Both the position numbers and the translations under genes were made by a program. From Brevundimonas sp. (GTDB lineage: Bacteria > Pseudomonadota > Alphaproteobacteria > Caulobacterales > Caulobacteraceae): a stretch of 64,000 bases of DNA. Under the pieces are notes generated by a model. That model made no database searches, was not told the DNA's origin, and worked only from the letters and a program-made list of their open reading frames with translations. Location of the stretch: the NCBI RefSeq assembly GCF_041911375.1, contig NZ_JAYRPA010000074.1, forward strand, positions 36,273 through 100,272, written 5' to 3'. This document shows, one piece after another, positions 60,738 through 64,000 of the stretch. How positions within the stretch are numbered: position 1 is the stretch's first letter; every line of letters begins with the position of its first letter.

Positions 60738-60809
60738 CCTTACGGACCGCCAGGCATTGTATTTTCGTCGGGGGGCCTGATCACCTCCTCGACCGGAGAC
60801 AGACTGAAC

Positions 60810-62756
<1,947 letters not shown>

Positions 62757-62763
62757 GATGATC

Positions 62764-62795
62764 AGGGCGGCTCCGATGGGGCCGCCCTTTTCCTT
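62764..62795 (+). terminator. Rho-independent terminator after rpoD
   Basis: AGGGCGGC (62764-62771) pairs with GCCGCCCT (62781-62788), followed by TTTTCCTT. Confidence 0.8.
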
Positions 62796-62806
62796 GGCGA
62801 GAGGGC

Positions 62807-62986
62807 ATGGGCCGAAAGCACGTCAATCTGGGGCAGGCGCCGGCGAAGGGCGATCTGCCGCAAAAGGTCTGCGCCGCCTGCTGTCTGCCGTTCACCTGGC
62901 GCAGGAAATGGGCGCGGGACTGGGCGCAAGTCCGTTTCTGCTCGGATCGATGCCGGGCGAAGGGCGCGCAGGCTCACAAGCCGTGA
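62807..62986 (+). CDS. DUF2256-like small zinc-ribbon protein (59 aa), below the ORF-track length cutoff
   Basis: My own translation gives [66 protein letters not shown] precedes the ATG. The C-x2-C...F.WR.KW...W..V.(Y/F)CS.RCR pattern matches the DUF2256 family as I recall it. Confidence 0.65.
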   Translation: MGRKHVNLGQAPAKGDLPQKVCAACCLPFTWRRKWARDWAQVRFCSDRCRAKGAQAHKP

Positions 62987-63030
62987 TCGATGGGGCTGGG
63001 GACCCAGGCGGAATCGGGTAGGCTGGCGCC

Positions 63031-63804
63031 ATGATCCCCAGCCGTTCCGCACATCGCCCATCGCCGTCCCGCGCCGTCCGGGTCGCCCTGTGTCTAGGGC
63101 TGGCCAGCGCGCTGACGATGGCGGGCTGCGTGCGGCGGCCGCCCGAACCGTTGCGCCCGAGGCCCTATCCCCATTCGCAGACGCCCGCGCCGCTTGTCGG
63201 CGGCTTGGTGGATCGGCCGATCGACAGAGGGACGCAGGGCGCGGTCGTGCGGGTCGGGTCCGATTTGGGGCAATGCATGGCGCAACTGACGGCCGCCCGG
63301 GTGCGGTTCAGTCCGGCGCCGGATCGCGTCAACACCGAGACCTGCGGCCTGCGGCAGGGTGGTGTGCTGGGCGCGGACATGGGGACGGTCGCGCGCATGG
63401 CGCCGGGCGACGTGGACATGACCTGCCAGACCGCCTTGGCGCTGAGCATCTGGCGGCGCCAGTCGGTGGAGCCGGCGGCGCGCGAGATCCTGGGCTCGGA
63501 CGTGGTCCAGATCGATCATTTCGGCGCCTATGCGTGCCGCAACGTGAACAACGGCGTCGGCTCGAAGCGGATCAGCGCCCATGCCCAGGCGGCCGCCCTC
63601 GACTTCGCCGGCGTGCGTCTGAGGGACGGACGACGCATCACCGTCGCCGACGACTGGAGCGGCGATACGGCCGAAGCCCGCTTCCTGCGCCGCATCCGCG
63701 ACGACGCCTGTCGCGTCTTCGGCACGACGTTAAGCCCCGACTACAACGCCGTTCACCGCGATCACCTGCACCTGGAAGCGACCGACACCCGCTTCTGCCG
63801 CTGA
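63031..63804 (+). CDS. Extensin-like C-terminal domain protein, predicted lipoprotein
   Basis: ORF 63031..63804 has lipobox LTMAGC and the C-terminal domain FGAYACRNVNNGVGSKRISAHAQAAALDFAGVRL...FGTTLSPDYNAVHRDHLHLE. Confidence 0.75.
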   Translation: MIPSRSAHRPSPSRAVRVALCLGLASALTMAGCVRRPPEPLRPRPYPHSQTPAPLVGGLVDRPIDRGTQGAVVRVGSDLGQCMAQLTAARVRFSPAPDRVNTETCGLRQGGVLGADMGTVARMAPGDVDMTCQTALALSIWRRQSVEPAAREILGSDVVQIDHFGAYACRNVNNGVGSKRISAHAQAAALDFAGVRLRDGRRITVADDWSGDTAEARFLRRIRDDACRVFGTTLSPDYNAVHRDHLHLEATDTRFCR

Positions 63805-63912
63805 GGCGAAGGCGCGACATCGCGTCCTTCGCAAATGCGAGATGCAGGTTGAACCGGATGCGCGGCTCCGCTTTCTAGACCTCCGGGCGGGGGTGTCCAC
63901 GACGAGGTTTGC

Positions 63913-64000
63913 ATGAACCTGCGCAGACGCGCCGTTCTCCAGGGCTTGTCCGGCCTGGGCGCCGCCTTCGCCCTGCCGCCCGGGCTGGCGCTGGCCCAAG
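63913..64000 (+). CDS. 5' end of an exported protein with a twin-arginine-like signal (gene continues past the right window edge)
   Basis: ATG at 63913 reads MNLRRRAVLQGLSGLGAAFALPPGLALAQ. There is no stop before the window ends, and function cannot be determined. Confidence 0.4.
   Translation, partial: MNLRRRAVLQGLSGLGAAFALPPGLALAQ

Noticed and set aside
62758-63021. An 87-aa ORF listed after rpoD.
   Set aside because: It starts inside the rpoD terminator hairpin and encodes a Gly/Ala-rich sequence. A different frame encodes a well-formed DUF2256-like zinc ribbon.

Overview
The window is 64 kb of very GC-rich chromosome (most 60-nt lines count about 65-70% GC). It is gene-dense and looks alphaproteobacterial. 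A Caulobacterales-like origin is an inference from a CcrM-type methyltransferase, an FtsZ with a long Pro/Glu/Ala linker, and conserved alphaproteobacterial synteny.

Almost everything is core housekeeping, in this order:
- smc (partial), two DsbA paralogs, a DUF721/DciA-like gene and mutY
- a GT4 glycosyltransferase plus a GDE_C glucosidase
- ccrM, then the distal dcw cluster (murC, a GFA-family gene, murB, ddl, ftsQ, ftsA, a TonB-dependent receptor, ftsZ) and lpxC
- pgeF, a MidA-like methyltransferase and lgt
- an Nramp-fold transporter
- fabD-fabG-acpP-fabF-mltG-yicC-gmk
- a hybrid histidine kinase, a CPA2 antiporter and an aminotransferase
- rsmA-pdxA-surA-lptD-lptG-lptF, divergent from pepA-holC
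- two I78-like lipoproteins
- a LysR/pirin/DoxX module
- two M61 peptidases, an FKBP lipoprotein and a second TonB-dependent receptor
- a frameshifted CHASE3 hybrid kinase and an ArsC/YffB-like gene
- dnaG-rpoD, a small DUF2256 ORF and an extensin-like protein

I found no rRNA, tRNA, CRISPR array, IS element, integrase or prophage genes. Many long ORFs in the track are GC-driven shadow frames or upstream extensions of real genes, and I trimmed or rejected them.

I do not see a convincing new multi-gene system. The observations most worth a second look are:
- a compositionally foreign TonB-dependent receptor inserted between ftsA and ftsZ
- a DnaG whose four zinc-finger ligands are all substituted
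- an Nramp-fold transporter lacking the canonical DPGN metal site
- a GFA-family gene translationally coupled inside murC-murB
- ccrM lying directly next to the division cluster, with CtrA-box-like and GANTC motifs
- a frameshifted CHASE3 kinase
- a duplicated M61 peptidase/receptor neighbourhood

All functional calls come from reading translated motifs. No database search was run.
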